DNA of 64,000 nt. Origin: Octopus vulgaris. Lineage: Eukaryota. Under the pieces are notes generated by a model. That model was not told where the DNA came from. It made no database searches and saw only the letters and a list, made by a program, of their open reading frames with translations. Location: NCBI GenBank assembly GCA_951406725.2, contig OX597824.1:56172001-56236000 (forward strand), read 5' to 3'. Each line of letters begins with the position of its first letter. Within the stretch, counting starts at the first letter, position 1. This document shows positions 36,740 through 50,024 of the stretch, one piece after another. The translations under genes and the position numbers were made by a program.

Positions 36740-37895
36740 TGTTTCACCTTACTGACAGCATCCCTGTACATGGCATGTACAGCTCTCACCAACCACTCGT
36801 CTTTTTCTTGTTTCCACATTGCCCATCAGATAAGGGGGTGGGGTACTCTATCAAAAGCCTTCTCCTTGTCAACAAAAGCTAAGTACAGAAGTTCATTTTT
36901 GGCTCAATACTTCTCCTTCAGTTGCCTCGCCAGGAAGATAGCATCAGTAGTGCTTATTCCTGGCATCTTATCTAGTCTAACTACCTAATTAGTCACCAGT
37001 ATGGGTGCTCCTTATGTGTTACCAATACGAGTGCATTTTACATGTCACTAGCCATTTGCATAGGATCAGCACAAGTGCCATTTATGAGGCACCAGTGCCA
37101 TTCACGTGTCACCAGCACTTGTCATGATCACACTTTCACTTGGCTTGACATGTCTTCTCAGGCACAGCAATTCGGCTGAAGTCCCAGTCTCTTGCCATTG
37201 CCTCTGTGAGATTCAACATCTGAAGATTACATTTCACCATCCCATCTCATGTCTTTCTGGATCTACCTCTTTCACAGGTTCGTTTAACATTTAGAGATTA
37301 GTACTTCTTTATGCTGCTGTCCCCATCCATACACATCACATGACCATACCAGCACAGTTTTCTCTCTAGCATGCTACATCTGATGTCTCTTATACCCTAT
37401 TTTTCTTTTAAGACACTTACACTCTATCATACATGCATACTAACATTGTAACATTGCATATCCAGCAAAGCATGCTAACTTCATTTCTTTCAAACCTTCA
37501 AATGTCCTCTGCAGTCACAGCTCATGTTTCATTGCCATGCAACAGAGCTGTTCATACACAAGCATCATAACCCCTTTGTTGTCAACAAAGGTAGAAGTTC
37601 TCTGAACCTTGCCCAGCCTGTTTTACTCTAGCAACTATGCTCTAAGAGCATCCTCTTCCACTGCTGACTTGGTCACATAGTAATGAAACTGTTTGCTACT
37701 TCTAAGAATCCCCCAAGCATTTGATGAATGTACATTCCTAGTATTTATTGTACATGCACATCTGCCATACACAAAGACTACTTTCTCTGTTAACCTTCCT
37801 TTGATACTACTGCACCTCTTATGTGTTCATAGCTTGCACTGGGTACACCTTATGGAATTTCTACTTACTTCTTTTCTACATATCATGCAGGGCCT
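36740..37895 (-). mobile_element. Degenerate RTE LINE fragments
   Basis: EWLVRAVHAMYRDAVSKV at ~36745-36800. Cys-rich CTQCKL.THKRC segment at ~37750-37890. Confidence 0.8.
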
Positions 37896-38369
37896 CTCAA
37901 TGCATCTAAAGCACACTCATTGCCCTCAAACTGCTAAAGTCTGAATTCCATTATAGCCAGTTGATTTATAACCTTATACTTCTATTTTCTCTTATTCCTT
38001 TTATATCTTCCCCGCTCTTCCTAACCTAACTCTTTCTTCCATACAGACATTGCATTGACCAACCTACACACAGCTAGAAATTGCCAAGTAGATTTTATCT
38101 TGTATCTTATCCTCCACTCTGAAATCTAGGCCTCCTGCCACCACACAATGGCTAGTGGTTGCTAGTTCAAGAACCACAGGGCTTCTGAAACGTGATCAAT
38201 AAAAAAGTGTCGCCCTCATCTGCTGGGTTTGGGCAGCTGACACTTTCCATCAAACCCAGCAATATAAACTTAGAGTTTTCATGAAGTAATAAAAGTAATG
38301 TAATGAGAAAGAGGAATCTATAATGTACATAATTTACTGTAGTCCTTTGGCATTGAAGGAGTATAAACA

Positions 38370-38950
38370 CAGACACGGTTGTGTGGCCAAGGCACTACAT
38401 TGGGACATATTACAGCAAAGAGAATTTAAAGTAGGATGAAACTGGTATGAACATCAACTAGAAAGTGTAATAGCAAATGACCAGTCTTATGAGATTTTAA
38501 TGTACAGACTGATCACAAACTTCATGCAAGGTGACCAAATATTATTGTTCTGGACAAGAGGTAAAAAAAGTGTCTTCATAGATGTAGCTATATCTCAGAT
38601 ATGAATGCAGTGATCAAAGAACAAGAGAAAATAAGAAATTACCAGGATTTGGCTTGGAAAATACTAAGGCTGGTGGGTGGGATTCTACAATAGTAATCCC
38701 AGTTGTTATAGGCACCTTCGTTACCGTCATCAACAGACTCAGCAGTTTTCTTATTGAGATTGATGCAACTATGAGAGTTGCATTAATTCAGAAATCTGCT
38801 CTATTAGGTACAGCAAGGATTGTAAGGAAGATCCTCCATATCTAAGAAAACTGGTTGTGACCTGGTATCAAGGACACTGATTCCAAATATAAGACATTTG
38901 TGCACATCATGAATAATAATAATAATAATAATAATAGTAATAATAATGGT
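38370..38950 (+). mobile_element. 3' end of an R4/Dong-type retrotransposon (restriction-like endonuclease domain) with (AAT)n tail
   Basis: VAKALHWDI, WYEH, QTD, DVA, KEQEK..YQDL, IPVVIG and IQKSALLGTARIVRKIL, followed by (AAT)n. Confidence 0.75.
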
Positions 38951-40059
38951 GATGACGACGACAACCTGATGCAGTACTTGGCACTGGCTTTCATGGCTTC
39001 TGATCTTAACTGATTGGAAGTGTTATCATGCACATGTTTTGTCTTGGTATAAAAGATGGGCTACAGCAAATAATCTGCTCAATATCAGAGAGTTGCTTGT
39101 CAGTTGTTTGATTTTAACCAGTTCTGCATGTCCCTTGGTGGCTGACGATATGTGCATTTCTGATCATGAGCAGAAGTAGTGGGGGATCATCATAGCCGTG
39201 TGTTGAGAGGAATTCTTTAGGGTTTGATTAATTTACCTTTGGAAACATGGGTATTTCGTTCAACATCCTTAAACAACCCTCATTCAGGGACCTTTTGGGT
39301 GGGATGGGCTACTTGACCTGAAGAAATTCTAACTTGGCCCCACCTACAAGGTCATGCACTGTTTATATTGATATGAGATCACCATGTCACATACATATGG
39401 TTGTGATGCATGTGCCTGCTGTACCCTTATCAGACAGGTAGTCATGATGGGTATACTGGGCTTTGTGTATTTTGCCTCAGTGTCACTTTGATGGCATGCA
39501 CTGCTCTCACTCAATAATAATAATAATAGCACATATAACAGTGAAAGTACTCTGGAATATAGCAAATATGAGGGAGATATATCAGATACAATTATTTTAA
39601 ACCCAGATAGGTCATCATCATCATCATCATTTAACATCTTTTCCATGCTGGCATGGGTTGGATGGTTTGATAGCTGGAGCTCAGGCTGTTATGTCTGTTT
39701 TGGCATGGTTTCACCTTGGGCAAGTGTCTTCTACTTTAGTCTTGGCCAACCAAAGCTCAGTGGATGGATTTGGTAGACAGAAACTGAAAAAAGCCCATCA
39801 TGTGTGTGTGTGTGCATTTCCCTCACCACCACTTAACAACCAGTGTTGGTGTGTTTGTGTCATTATTTCATTGAAGTTGGTTGTTATATTGTCATTAATT
39901 TCATCTCCTTGTCACTGCAGCCATCTTGCCACATTCTCAACTTTATTTCCTTGCTATGCAACTCAGCACTTTCTTCAGTGATAGTTTATCATTTTCTCTG
40001 TCTCTATATTTTTCACTTAAACAATAAATAGAAAACACACCACCTGCAGTGGATTTTCT

Positions 40060-40812
40060 TTTTAGTAAGTCTTAGTAAGTAGGAGGCAGACAAATCATAA
40101 ATCCCTTCAGGTAGATGGGCCTGCTCAATCTGTAGGAAAGGCATTGGTAGAAACTCCATAAGATGTACCCGGTATAAGCTATGGACACATAAGAGGTGCT
40201 GCAATATCAGAGGAAGGTTAATTGGGAAAATAGTTTTGTGTGTGAAAGGTGCACAGGTACAATAACCACCGAAAATTTATGGAATATAGACCCCATCAAC
40301 TGCCATGTGGGTAAGCTAGAGGTAGTAAATAGCTTCTGTTATCTAGGTGACCAAGTTAGTTGTGGAGGTGGATGCTCCAAGAGCAGAGCTGTGAAAATAA
40401 GAATAAGCTGGGCAAAGTTCAGAGAGCTCCTACCTCTGCTGACAACAAAGGGTCTCTCCCTCAGAGTGAAAGGTAGATTGTATGATGCCTGTGTGCAAAA
40501 AGCTATGCTACTTGGCAGTGAAACATGGACTGTGACATCCGAGGACAAGCGTAGGCTTGAAAGAAATGAAGCTAATATTTTTCACTGGATGTGCAATGTC
40601 AGTGTGCATGCATGACAGAGTGTAAGCATCTTGAGAGAAAAGTTGAACAAAAGAAGCATCAGATGTGGTGTGCAAGAAAAATGACTGCGCTGGCTTGGTC
40701 ATGTGATGTGTATAGATGAGGACAGCTGTGTAAAAAAGCACCAATCTCTAACTGTGGAGGGAACCTGTGGTTGACGTAGACTTGGGACAATGTGATAAAA
40801 ACATGATCTTCA
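40060..40812 (+). mobile_element. Degenerate RTE LINE C-terminal region
   Basis: KLEVVNSFCYLGDQVSCGGGCS..WAKFRELLPLLTTKGLSLRVKGRLYDAC. Confidence 0.9.
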
Positions 40813-42010
40813 AGTTTCTGCTTTTCCCTGGAAATACACCTATTTAATACTTCACCTATAATCCTTTCTTTCATTTGGTTCATTCATAAAGCAATATTTC
40901 ATTACAGATTTGTTCACTTCTTTCATTCAGGTGGTTTTATCTGGCTTCTTTCAGTTAGATCTGGTGCACATTTTTGATATATTTTTTTTTTACCTAAACT
41001 AGGGGTCTTTTTTATAATATTAAGAGGAAGATTGATATGGATTGACCCTGCATCACCTGCCTGCCACTCCTGATAGCTTCAGTCCTACAACCTCCAATTC
41101 CAGTTTTGAGGTTATCTGTAATGAGGTTAGTGTTTTAAGGTGACACTAATATTGGTGATTTTATTGAGACACCATGTCTGAGGATTGCTAACCAACCAAA
41201 GCTAAAGAGAGTCTGCCTCTTCATGTATCAGACTTGACCCTGCTGGAGGCCAACTCAGTATTTGTGGTCTCAGTGTAAGTTGTAAGGTGATACCACCACC
41301 AATATTTTATTGAGATACCATGTCTAACAGGAGTACAGAAGTGCCAACCAAGACTAACAGGGCCTTCTTCCCTATGTGAGAGGTGCAACCCTGGCAGGAG
41401 CCAACAAGATCCTTCTGGTTTCAAGGTAATTATTGTTATTATCATTACCAACCTTGAACTACCATGTAGCATTAGTAATAACATAGGTCATAACTGGATG
41501 GCCATTGACTCTCCTGAATCCATCTGGCCTCTGCTAGGTTTTGCCCTTTGCCCTGCAGGATGTCCAGTTACCAAAAACACCAGTCTCACAAGCATGCCCA
41601 GTGAGGTAACCAATTTAGTTGCTGATGGCTTAATTATATTCTGAATGATGTCCTAACATATCACATCACAATATTGTGATTTCTACCCTAATGTCAGAAA
41701 ATGTGTATGAGAATGTTGAGAGTTAAAGATGGTCATTAATGATGTCATAGTCCAACTCGGTGTTTTCCCATACATGATCTATAAAAAGAATTTTTCTTCT
41801 GAGAATAGTTACCACTGCAAAGGTCTTTCCACATTTAAGTATGCACAAATGTGTTAAATATAAATGTACACAGCTTTATTTTATAAAAAGATAACTCTTG
41901 TGACTCCTCTTCTTCGTCTTTTTTTTCTTATCATCATCATCATCATCATCATCATCATTATTATTATTATGATTATTATTATTATTATTATTATTATATT
42001 TTAATTTCAG

Positions 42011-42129
42011 CTCTTGCATCTCGCTGTCTGCAACTTGTTGTCTTTTATGTACCATTTGTTAAAAACCATTTTAAAACAAGATTATATGATAAAAAACATA
42101 TGTTAAAGCACTTGGATCAGATAACGAAG
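42011..42129 (+). CDS. VPS54: VPS54 internal exon D
   Basis: tttcag| acceptor; 119 nt encoding (A)LASRCLQLVVFYVPFVKNHFKTRLYDKKHMLKHLDQITK; |gtaaga donor. Matches recalled ALSSRCLQLIVHYIP..HFDHITK. Phase agrees with exon C. Confidence 0.94.
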
Positions 42130-42289
42130 GTAAGAAAATATAGTTGCAAGATTTTTACTTAAAAATATGTGCAAATGTGTTGTTATTTAGCCTTAGATCG
42201 CTCTTGTTTCAGCAAATATATGATCAAGCATGTTCCAGCTGTAACCATCCTGTCTTTTATTCAGATAGCGTGTATTCCAGACTATAATA

Positions 42290-43519
42290 TCTCTCTATAT
42301 ATAAAATTCTTGGTCTGTCTATTCCCTGTGCATTCTCTAACAGCTCCAAATCAAATCAAATTTTACGAGGTAATAGTATTACACCCTGTGAATGTCAATA
42401 TGTAATTTTTATTTTCATTTGGATTGAAACAATATCACATTTTCTTGAAAATAATCTTTCTATAGTCAACTACAGTGACAGACATTTTATACTATGATGA
42501 CAATGATGGCAAAGTCACATTTTGTATATTAGTGTGTATGTGTCTTTGAGTGTGTGTGTGTTTGTGCTTTTGTTATGTATAAGATATTAAAGGACATTTT
42601 ATACCACAATGATATCACATCTCTATCATTCTCTCTTCATTCTGTCTTCCATTCTATCTAGTGTTTACCATTGTAACAATGTCTGGTATCAAAAAAAATA
42701 TTACAGCTACTTTCATTGTTTACAATCTTCTGTACCGATGTATTTGTGTACACTAACACAAAAACAAAATATTAGAAAGGCTGAAAGGTCAAACAAAAAC
42801 GCTGTACTGGTGTATTTGTGTGTCAGTAAATAACCATGTTGAAATGATTTGTGGTGCCAAAAAAATTATTACAGCTACTTTCATTATTTGCAATCTTCTG
42901 TATAGGTGTATTTGTGTATCAGTAAATAACAATGGGTAAATATTTTGTAAAAGACCTGTTTGTACCTTGGTGTAAAATAGTTTTTTTACACAGGTTTTTG
43001 TGAGTGCATTCAATATATCTGACCTCCAAACCTGCTGCAAGCCACTTTTTTCTGGAAAAGAAAGTGAGGGAAGGGTCAAAAAATTATTTCACAGCAAAAT
43101 ATTGGAGGGTCCTTTATCACAAATAGCTGCTCCATGATAGTTAGGCATACTAGAAATAGCAGCTAAATCTTTCCTTTCCTGGGGAAAGGAGCCATTCACG
43201 CATGATTTCGATGTCACATTCATTAAAAGTCTGTGAAATAATCTGGAAAAGAAAAACAAAAACACACAAAACAAAGCTCCATTGGTGCCTTTCTTTTCCA
43301 GAAAAGGTGGCTTGTGGTGGGTTTAAAGGTAAGATACATTGAATGCATTCAAAAAAATTTGTGGCGAAATATTATTTCACACTGCAGTATGAACAGGTCC
43401 TTTACGAAATATTTACTTGATTGTGCCTAGAAGGAAGGTGTCAAATTACACAACAAACAAAGAGAACTGTGTTAAGGCTATGAGTTTATAACCCAAGTGA
43501 AACAGGGTCCTTCTGCATG
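42290..43519 (+). mobile_element. Probable non-autonomous Helitron
   Basis: A|TCTCTCTATATATAAAA start; 3' ACCC..GGGT hairpin followed by CATG|T (a degenerate CTAG). Interrupts another repeat unit. Confidence 0.5.
42934..43418. mobile_element. Degenerate MITE with ~130 bp inverted arms
   Basis: GTAAATATTTTGTAAAAGACCTGTT...TCTGGAAAAGAAAG pairs with CTTTCTTTTCCAGA...AACAGGTCCTTTACGAAATATTTAC. Confidence 0.75.
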
Positions 43520-43634
43520 TATATAATATATCTTTACTTGTTACTATTTTGTCCAAAGTCATCATTGATCCAACTGATCAAGGATGTTCTTTCTGTGACC
43601 ATCTATCATTTATTCAGATATAGTTTATCTACAA

Positions 43635-44318
43635 CAGAGGTTCTCAAAGTGGGTGCTGGACATCTTAAAGAGGATGTTAGGCTTTAGAGGACAGTGAGGG
43701 GGTGGTAAGGTTACATAATTAACTTACTAAATTTTACTGATCTTAAAGCACCTGATTGGTTCATAAATCCATTTCTTTCTGATGTCACTTCTGCTCAACC
43801 AAATTTACACAAAGAAACTATTGACTTAAAAAATAATTTCAAAGTCTAATATATTTTCAACAGTTCGGTTATGAATCATTCTAGCCCAAAATGCAAAGCA
43901 AGTATTCTCAACTTTGGCAAGAAATTAAATTGTTGTTCATTGCTTTTCCTTCTTCATATTTAATAGAGAAAGGATTCACTGACTAAGCAACAAAATAAAT
44001 TTGCAATAAGTCAAAGAGGAGACTTATGACCTCTTTTGATTAACATTGAATCTAATATAGAAAATTTAGCTAGATTTCATCTGGCACAGGGAAGTCATTT
44101 ACTTGCTATGTATAAAGTAAACTTTTGTCTTTATTAGTTTTTTTATCATTTCGCTGTTAAAAGCTTATGCAATCCATTTTTGTGTGAAATTTATAAATTA
44201 ACATCCATGTTAAGATAGTTTAGTCATGAGATATCATTCACCACTTAGGTTGGTACTAGGTATAACAATTACTTAAAAAGGGGCTTTGCAAAAAACAAAG
44301 AATGGTTAAGGACCACTG
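43635..44318 (+). mobile_element. Internally deleted hAT (Charlie/Buster-like) transposon
   Basis: CAGAGGTTCTCAA ... TTAAGGACCACTG termini. 8-bp flanks ATCTACAA / ATCTAGGA with central TA. Remnant of the C-terminal motif FPSSYLIEKGF..RGDL..H..Q.SH. Confidence 0.75.
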
Positions 44319-44792
44319 ATCTAGGACTACATTACTTAATGTGTTCTTCCTTGATGCTGTTTAACCCCAAATGAGTCCTGATCTGGCAAACTTTTGATCA
44401 AAAATGTTCCAACAGTAACCATCCCATCATTTATTCAGGCATCATGTATCTAGGAGTATATGTTAAATAATGTATATTATCTGATGTATAAGTGGCTGCA
44501 GTTGTTGTTTAGCTCCAGGCCAGGCTTGACCCTTTAGACAAATAATCACAGACGTTTCTGCTACAACCACCTCCTTTTTGTTAAGACATAGTTTATCTAA
44601 GATTATAGGATCTAATGTATCTTTTCACTTTTTGACTTACCCCCTCTATTTCTCATTTTTCTATTACCCTCCCTCCTACTTTTCTCAACATGAAACCTAT
44701 AGTAACCTTAATTCACAAATAAATCCACCAAAGCAGTGTTGAGCACTCATTTTTGTCATTCAACATTTACATATGTATATATATATATATAT

Positions 44793-45177
44793 CAGGGACA
44801 TGCTGCCTAGGTAGGCAGTGCCTACCATGAATAAAATTGAGCGATAGCAAGTTTCCTGTCATGGCAAAATAAGCACCTAATTCTATAAAATTATGAAGGT
44901 TAGTCTGATTACTGTACATAGAATGTTAAATGCTTTATTTTTTTGTAGATTAGGTAGGTATAATTTGTGCATGATTTTCAATCTCAGTTTTTAAGCTATG
45001 CATAGTACTGCTGTAGTACACGTGCTGTGTACATTTCTACAACACCGTTTTCATTACATGCTATTAAGGTAGAAATAGATCTGCCTTCAACTCGGTCACA
45101 TGCCTGTGTTTCACTTATTTGTTGTTCACTAATTCGCCAACTGCCTACCCTGAGTAATTACTGATGGCACATGCTTG
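44793..45177. mobile_element. Possible small hAT-like MITE in (TA)n
   Basis: Begins CAGGG and ends CTTG between TA runs, with repeated subterminal TGCCTACC/GGTAGGCA. The TIR is imperfect. Confidence 0.4.
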
Positions 45178-45740
45178 ATATATATATGTAACAGTTTTAA
45201 ATTGATTGGTAAATATTATTATCCAAAAGCATGCAAAAGTTAGATGCGGTAGAATGTTTGAGTTGGGTTCTCTTCATTGTTTAGTAGTAATTGTGGAGAC
45301 AGATAGAATGATGTTGTAAGAGAACCGAATTAGAGCTAGAGAGAAGTGTTGTCTGACAGTAAACTTCATTTCTCCCTCTGACCAAGGTTAGTCAGCCAGA
45401 CCACGTTGAGTCATCACGATGTGACTGACTGATTTTTGCTTGGGTGTGCTTGCTTATATAAAGATCCAGAAGGATAAATGTACCATTGAGAACAATAGAT
45501 TTAGTTGGTGGTCTTGTTATCTATTCTAGCTTTTGGTGAAGTAGAAGAGGTTAGAAAGGGTCAAGTGGTGAAGACATTATTTCGGCCTAGCTAATGGCAT
45601 CTGGAAAATGTAAAACTGCTGTCAGAGAAAAACCATTGTTCCACCATGGGAAAAGTTCTGTAACAGTGTTGATTTAAATTTGGCTATGGTGGATCAAATC
45701 CACTTCATGCATGCAAGATTCGCTACATATATATATATAA

Positions 45741-46340
45741 TCATCATCATCATTTAATGTCTGTTATCCATGCTGGCATGGGTTGGATGGTTTGACCAGG
45801 CCTGGCAAGCTGGAAGGCTGCACCAGACTCCAGCCTGATTTGGTATGGTTTCTATGGCTGGATGCCCTTCCTAACGCTAACCACTCTGAGAGTGTAATGG
45901 GTGCTTTTACATGTCACCAGCATGGGTGCCATTTGTGTGACACCAATATCTACCATGACTGTAATTTTACTTGGCTTGATGGGTCTTCTTCTCAAGCACG
46001 ACATATTGCCAGGGTCTTGGTCATTTGACATTGCCTCTCTGAGGCCCAGAAAGGAGCTTTTCATGTGCCATCAGCATCAGCCACTTTGCCTCGATGAGGC
46101 CCAACACTCAAAAGGTGTTTTTTATGTGTCAGTTATGTGACTCCAGCATTGGCCATGACAATACTTTCACTTGGCTTGATGGGTCTTCTCAAGCACAGCA
46201 TATCACCAAAGGGCTCGGTCACTAGTCATTGCCTCTGTGAGGCCCAATGTTTGATGATCATGCTTCACCACCTCATTCCATGTCTTCCTGGGTCTACCTC
46301 TTCCTCAGCTTCTTTCCACTGGTAGAGATTGGCACTTCAA
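45741..46340 (-). mobile_element. RTE LINE 3' end
   Basis: (CAT)n tail and GCTGGATGCCCTTCCTAACGCTAACC. The ORF2 end (GRPRKTWNEVVKHD) is on the minus strand at ~46255-46300. Confidence 0.8.
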
Positions 46341-46439
46341 TTTTAGAAAAATAAATAAGTAAATGAGTGGAAACTTTACTTGTGAGTGTGTTAAATTATA
46401 AGACACCAAAAGAGAATGACTCTCCCCAGACACAACAGC

Positions 46440-46472
<33 letters not shown>

Positions 46473-46524
46473 TATATACAAACAAATATATATGTGTGTG
46501 TGTATATACACATATATAGCTGAT

Positions 46525-46850
46525 TTGAGCAGTCTGCTAATCTAAGGAGCATCTTCATAACAAGCACAAACCAAATGACCGATATTGTGCAATCTGCAGC
46601 AATTTCAGTTTCTTGACAATACCAGTCTATTGTGAACCTCATTTTGAAATTGTTATAGTAGCTTCTCATCAGATCTTTAATCTTTTCTGGTATATAAAAG
46701 AAGTCCATTGCTTTCAACAGTTTGTGTTGTACAGAACCATATCCAAATTGAAAGCCATACAACATTCCCTTTTATTCTTCTTTGTGTCTTGCGTCACAGC
46801 CCAGATTAAAAATGCATGTTCCTCACGCACAAGAATTCCAACCTTCTAGT
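46525..46850 (-). mobile_element. RT fragment of an early-branching (R2/Hero-type) non-LTR retrotransposon
   Basis: YGSVQHKLLKAMDFFYIPEKIKDLMRSYY..FT..W..IAADCTISVIWFVLVM resembles RT domains 3-4. Confidence 0.65.
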
Positions 46851-46939
46851 CACACAGCCACTATTTTGTAGATACATACACCCACACTCCTATGCCTGCA
46901 CATATATATAAATATATTATACATCTGTCTGCATCACTG

Positions 46940-47780
46940 CCACCATTCTTGTGATTTTCAATTCATCATGGTGGAACAACTGGATATGTCCTCTGTGGTC
47001 AAGTCTTCTCCAATACTCTGTATTACCAGTCAGCATGATTGTTGTCTCTTATATGAGGTAATAGTTCCCTGCCCATTCTTTCTGTGGCTATTATACTTTG
47101 AGACTATCCATCTAATTAGATCATCTAAATAGTAGAAATTATCTAAAGAGCTTTCCAGTCATTTGTTTCCCATTAGTTCTTATTGCTAATTGTCCCTGTG
47201 TACCTGTAGCATATGAAGTTTACCTTCTTCATTAATCTGCCTGTGACACCACTGCATCTCTAGTGTGTTCATAGTTTACACTGGGTACACCATGTGGAAT
47301 TCCTACCTACTCCTTTTCTGCATACTGAAATGACCAGTTCTTAGATGGTAGCAGGGTACTATCTTATCTCCTATTTACTAATACTTTAATCTTCACTAAG
47401 TTAACTTTGAGTTCTCTCAGTTCTAGGTTTTGCTTCCACATCTGGACTTTTTTATCTGGCTCCACTGCTGATTCAGCTATAAGAGCTATACCATCAGTTT
47501 ATATGAGTTCCCATAGACATCTGGTCATTAACTCCTTGGTTATAATCTAGACAACTAGAATGGCCAGAAGAAAGCTGAGGATAGACTGATAAACCCCTAT
47601 TTGAACACTAAATTCATTGTTGAGCTCATTGCTAACTCACTTTATTAACAACACCTTTATACTTACATACATGTTATTTCATCTAATCCTAGTTTCCATA
47701 GTGATCCCAAAATTACACTGTAGGGAATCATGTGAAAGGCCCTTTTTAGGTGAATGAATGCTAGATATAATGGCCTCTTG
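46940..47780 (-). mobile_element. Degenerate RTE LINE RT fragment
   Basis: RPLYLAFIHLKRAF..LWKLGLDE and a Cys-rich segment at ~47200-47330. Confidence 0.75.
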
Positions 47781-48625
47781 ACTGACCTAAAGATGTGTAG
47801 TAGTCCTGGGTAAACAGAAACTGTAAGAAGCCTGCAGCGTGTGTGTGTGCACATTTTACTATTATGTACTATAAGAACATATCTATAGATGTTTAGCTAA
47901 CAATGTTATTAATGCACACATTCTGTCAATATACACAATATGCTCATAGACAGAAAAAGAAGGAACAACAGCATATGTCCCATTTTCCAAATCCAGAGTT
48001 TGGTCTACAGCTGTGCGCCTTATTCAACAATTTATTTTACATGGTATTCATTATATCTTTATTTGCCTTTGTTGTCCAAATTCTTGCTAGTTGTCTCCTT
48101 GAGTTATTTCTCTTAGCTATTTTTGTTTTGTACACATGCATGCACTGGATGGTCAAGGGCTACAGTAGGAGATAGTTGCACTAGGTGCCACACTGTGAGA
48201 CTAAATCTGAAACAAACTTCTTTCTGAACCATACAACCATGTATGCACCTATATAAACAAAAATTAGCCAAGTATTATGGTGTATGAAATACCATACAAG
48301 ATAAATTCTTGATTTGTCAAACTTATCTTTACTTTTGAGATAGGGTATACAAATACCTGGTGACAATTGCCACTAGGCAATTTGTTAACCTTCTCTTGAA
48401 GTGAAGATGAGGAGAGATAATCTCAAGAATTAAGAAATCTGCAGAATTGACTCACTACTAAGGAAATGAAAGTCCTTTCTTATCTGGTGGTAAGAGGACA
48501 ATTGTGGACACACGTGTGTATATATAAACACTTTGAAAGGTTTATTGTAAAGCTCAAAATGTTTAACACCCTTTAGAACTGAATTTTAAGCTTCTAATAA
48601 TTCTTTTGTGCTTTTTTTTTTAAAG

Positions 48626-48706
48626 GATTACACAGACCACATAGATGAAATATCAAATAAATTAGTTGCAATTATGGATGTATCAACAGAATCTTATATT
48701 TTGAAG
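48626..48706 (+). CDS. VPS54: VPS54 internal exon E
   Basis: Poly-T and aag| acceptor; 81 nt encoding DYTDHIDEISNKLVAIMDVSTESYILK; |gttagt donor. Matches recalled DYHDHIAEISAKLVAIMD. Confidence 0.94.
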
Positions 48707-49648
48707 GTTAGTTTTACCAGTTTTTTTATACTTTTAAATCATTACTAATTTAGCCATAGTTTATCTAAGACTATATTATTTAATGTAAGGCATAGTAGTT
48801 AGTATTAGTGGCTACCATAGTTTTATAAGTGTCATTCTTTATTTCCTTTACATTGTTTTACTTTATAATGTTTTGATAAAAACAGCTTCTTTTTTAAATT
48901 TTGTATGTTTTGTGTTATCTTTGTAACTTCTTAAATAATGTTACAAGAAAGGGGATTAGTTGATTGCATCAACCTCAGTACTAGACTGATACATTATTTT
49001 ATCAGCCCCTGAGGGAGGAAAGCAATGCCATCACAAGGATTTGAATTCAGAATGTAAAGTGCCAGAAGACATAGCACAAAGCAATTTTTTCAGCTCTAAT
49101 TTTTTTGTTAGCTTACTACCTTTATAATTTCTTCAATGATTTATAAAAACAGCCATAATGACATAAGTAAAGCCTTTAAACCCAAACTTTAATAGATTAG
49201 GGTGCTCAAATTGTGCATGTATGTTGTGTGTTTTCAATCAATATAAGAAATATGTAATTAGTCTAATTACAAACAGAAGGCTCAAAGTAAGTTTTATGTA
49301 CCAGCTCCACAGCCTTGAACTAATCGTTTAATGTTTGATTGTTAATAACATAATCAAATCATCTGTTGCTTCCTATTTCACACTTTTACAAATTTCTTAT
49401 GCAGAACATTACCTGATATTGCCAGCATTAACAAAGATGTTCCCAACATCAACTGTCTTATGACAGGTAACATTCTAATCTGTAAATAAGGCCATAAGGA
49501 GATAATTTTAATAGAATCAGGGTTATCTTCTCTTGGGAGATGAATGCAGAAAGAACCACTACCAGTTATATTAACAGATGGTCATAGAAGAGTTATGAAA
49601 ATTATCAATCATCAAAATAAATTCTCACCATTTTATAATATTTTTCAG

Positions 49649-49756
49649 TGGGATGCTAAGCCTCCAATGCCATCTCAGCATTTTAGGAATATTTGTAAAC
49701 AAATGACAAAGTTCTATGAAGTTACAATAGACGTCTTACCTGAACACCAAGTAAAG
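49649..49756 (+). CDS. VPS54: VPS54 internal exon F
   Basis: tttcag| acceptor; 108 nt encoding WDAKPPMPSQHFRNICKQMTKFYEVTIDVLPEHQVK; |gtatgt donor. Matches recalled YEVKAPVPSACFRNICKQMTKMHEAIFDLLP. Confidence 0.94.
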
Positions 49757-50024
49757 GTATGTTACATTTAATAATTTACACAGTACCATATATTTATACT
49801 CATTCATTTGCTTTCTCCAAGCTAGGAGTGACTTATTATTCTACAAGATACCCTTTCTGTTACTAAATCTTGTTATAAAAGTAAAATATTTCTATTTTAC
49901 AGCTCACCTCACAAATCTGCTAAACTACATGATATATTATCTACAGGAGCTGTAAACAACTTCACAGTTACCTGCTCAGTGTCAGTAGGAAGACATGTGG
50001 AAAGAGACATTCACACACACATGC

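Noticed and set aside
38965-39512. ~550 bp segment between two (AAT)n runs that looks like an interspersed repeat
   Set aside because: It is single-copy in this window with no diagnostic termini or ORF, so I cannot support a classification.
49544-49771. 75-aa ORF as a standalone gene
   Set aside because: It is VPS54 exon F (49649-49756) plus flanking intron.
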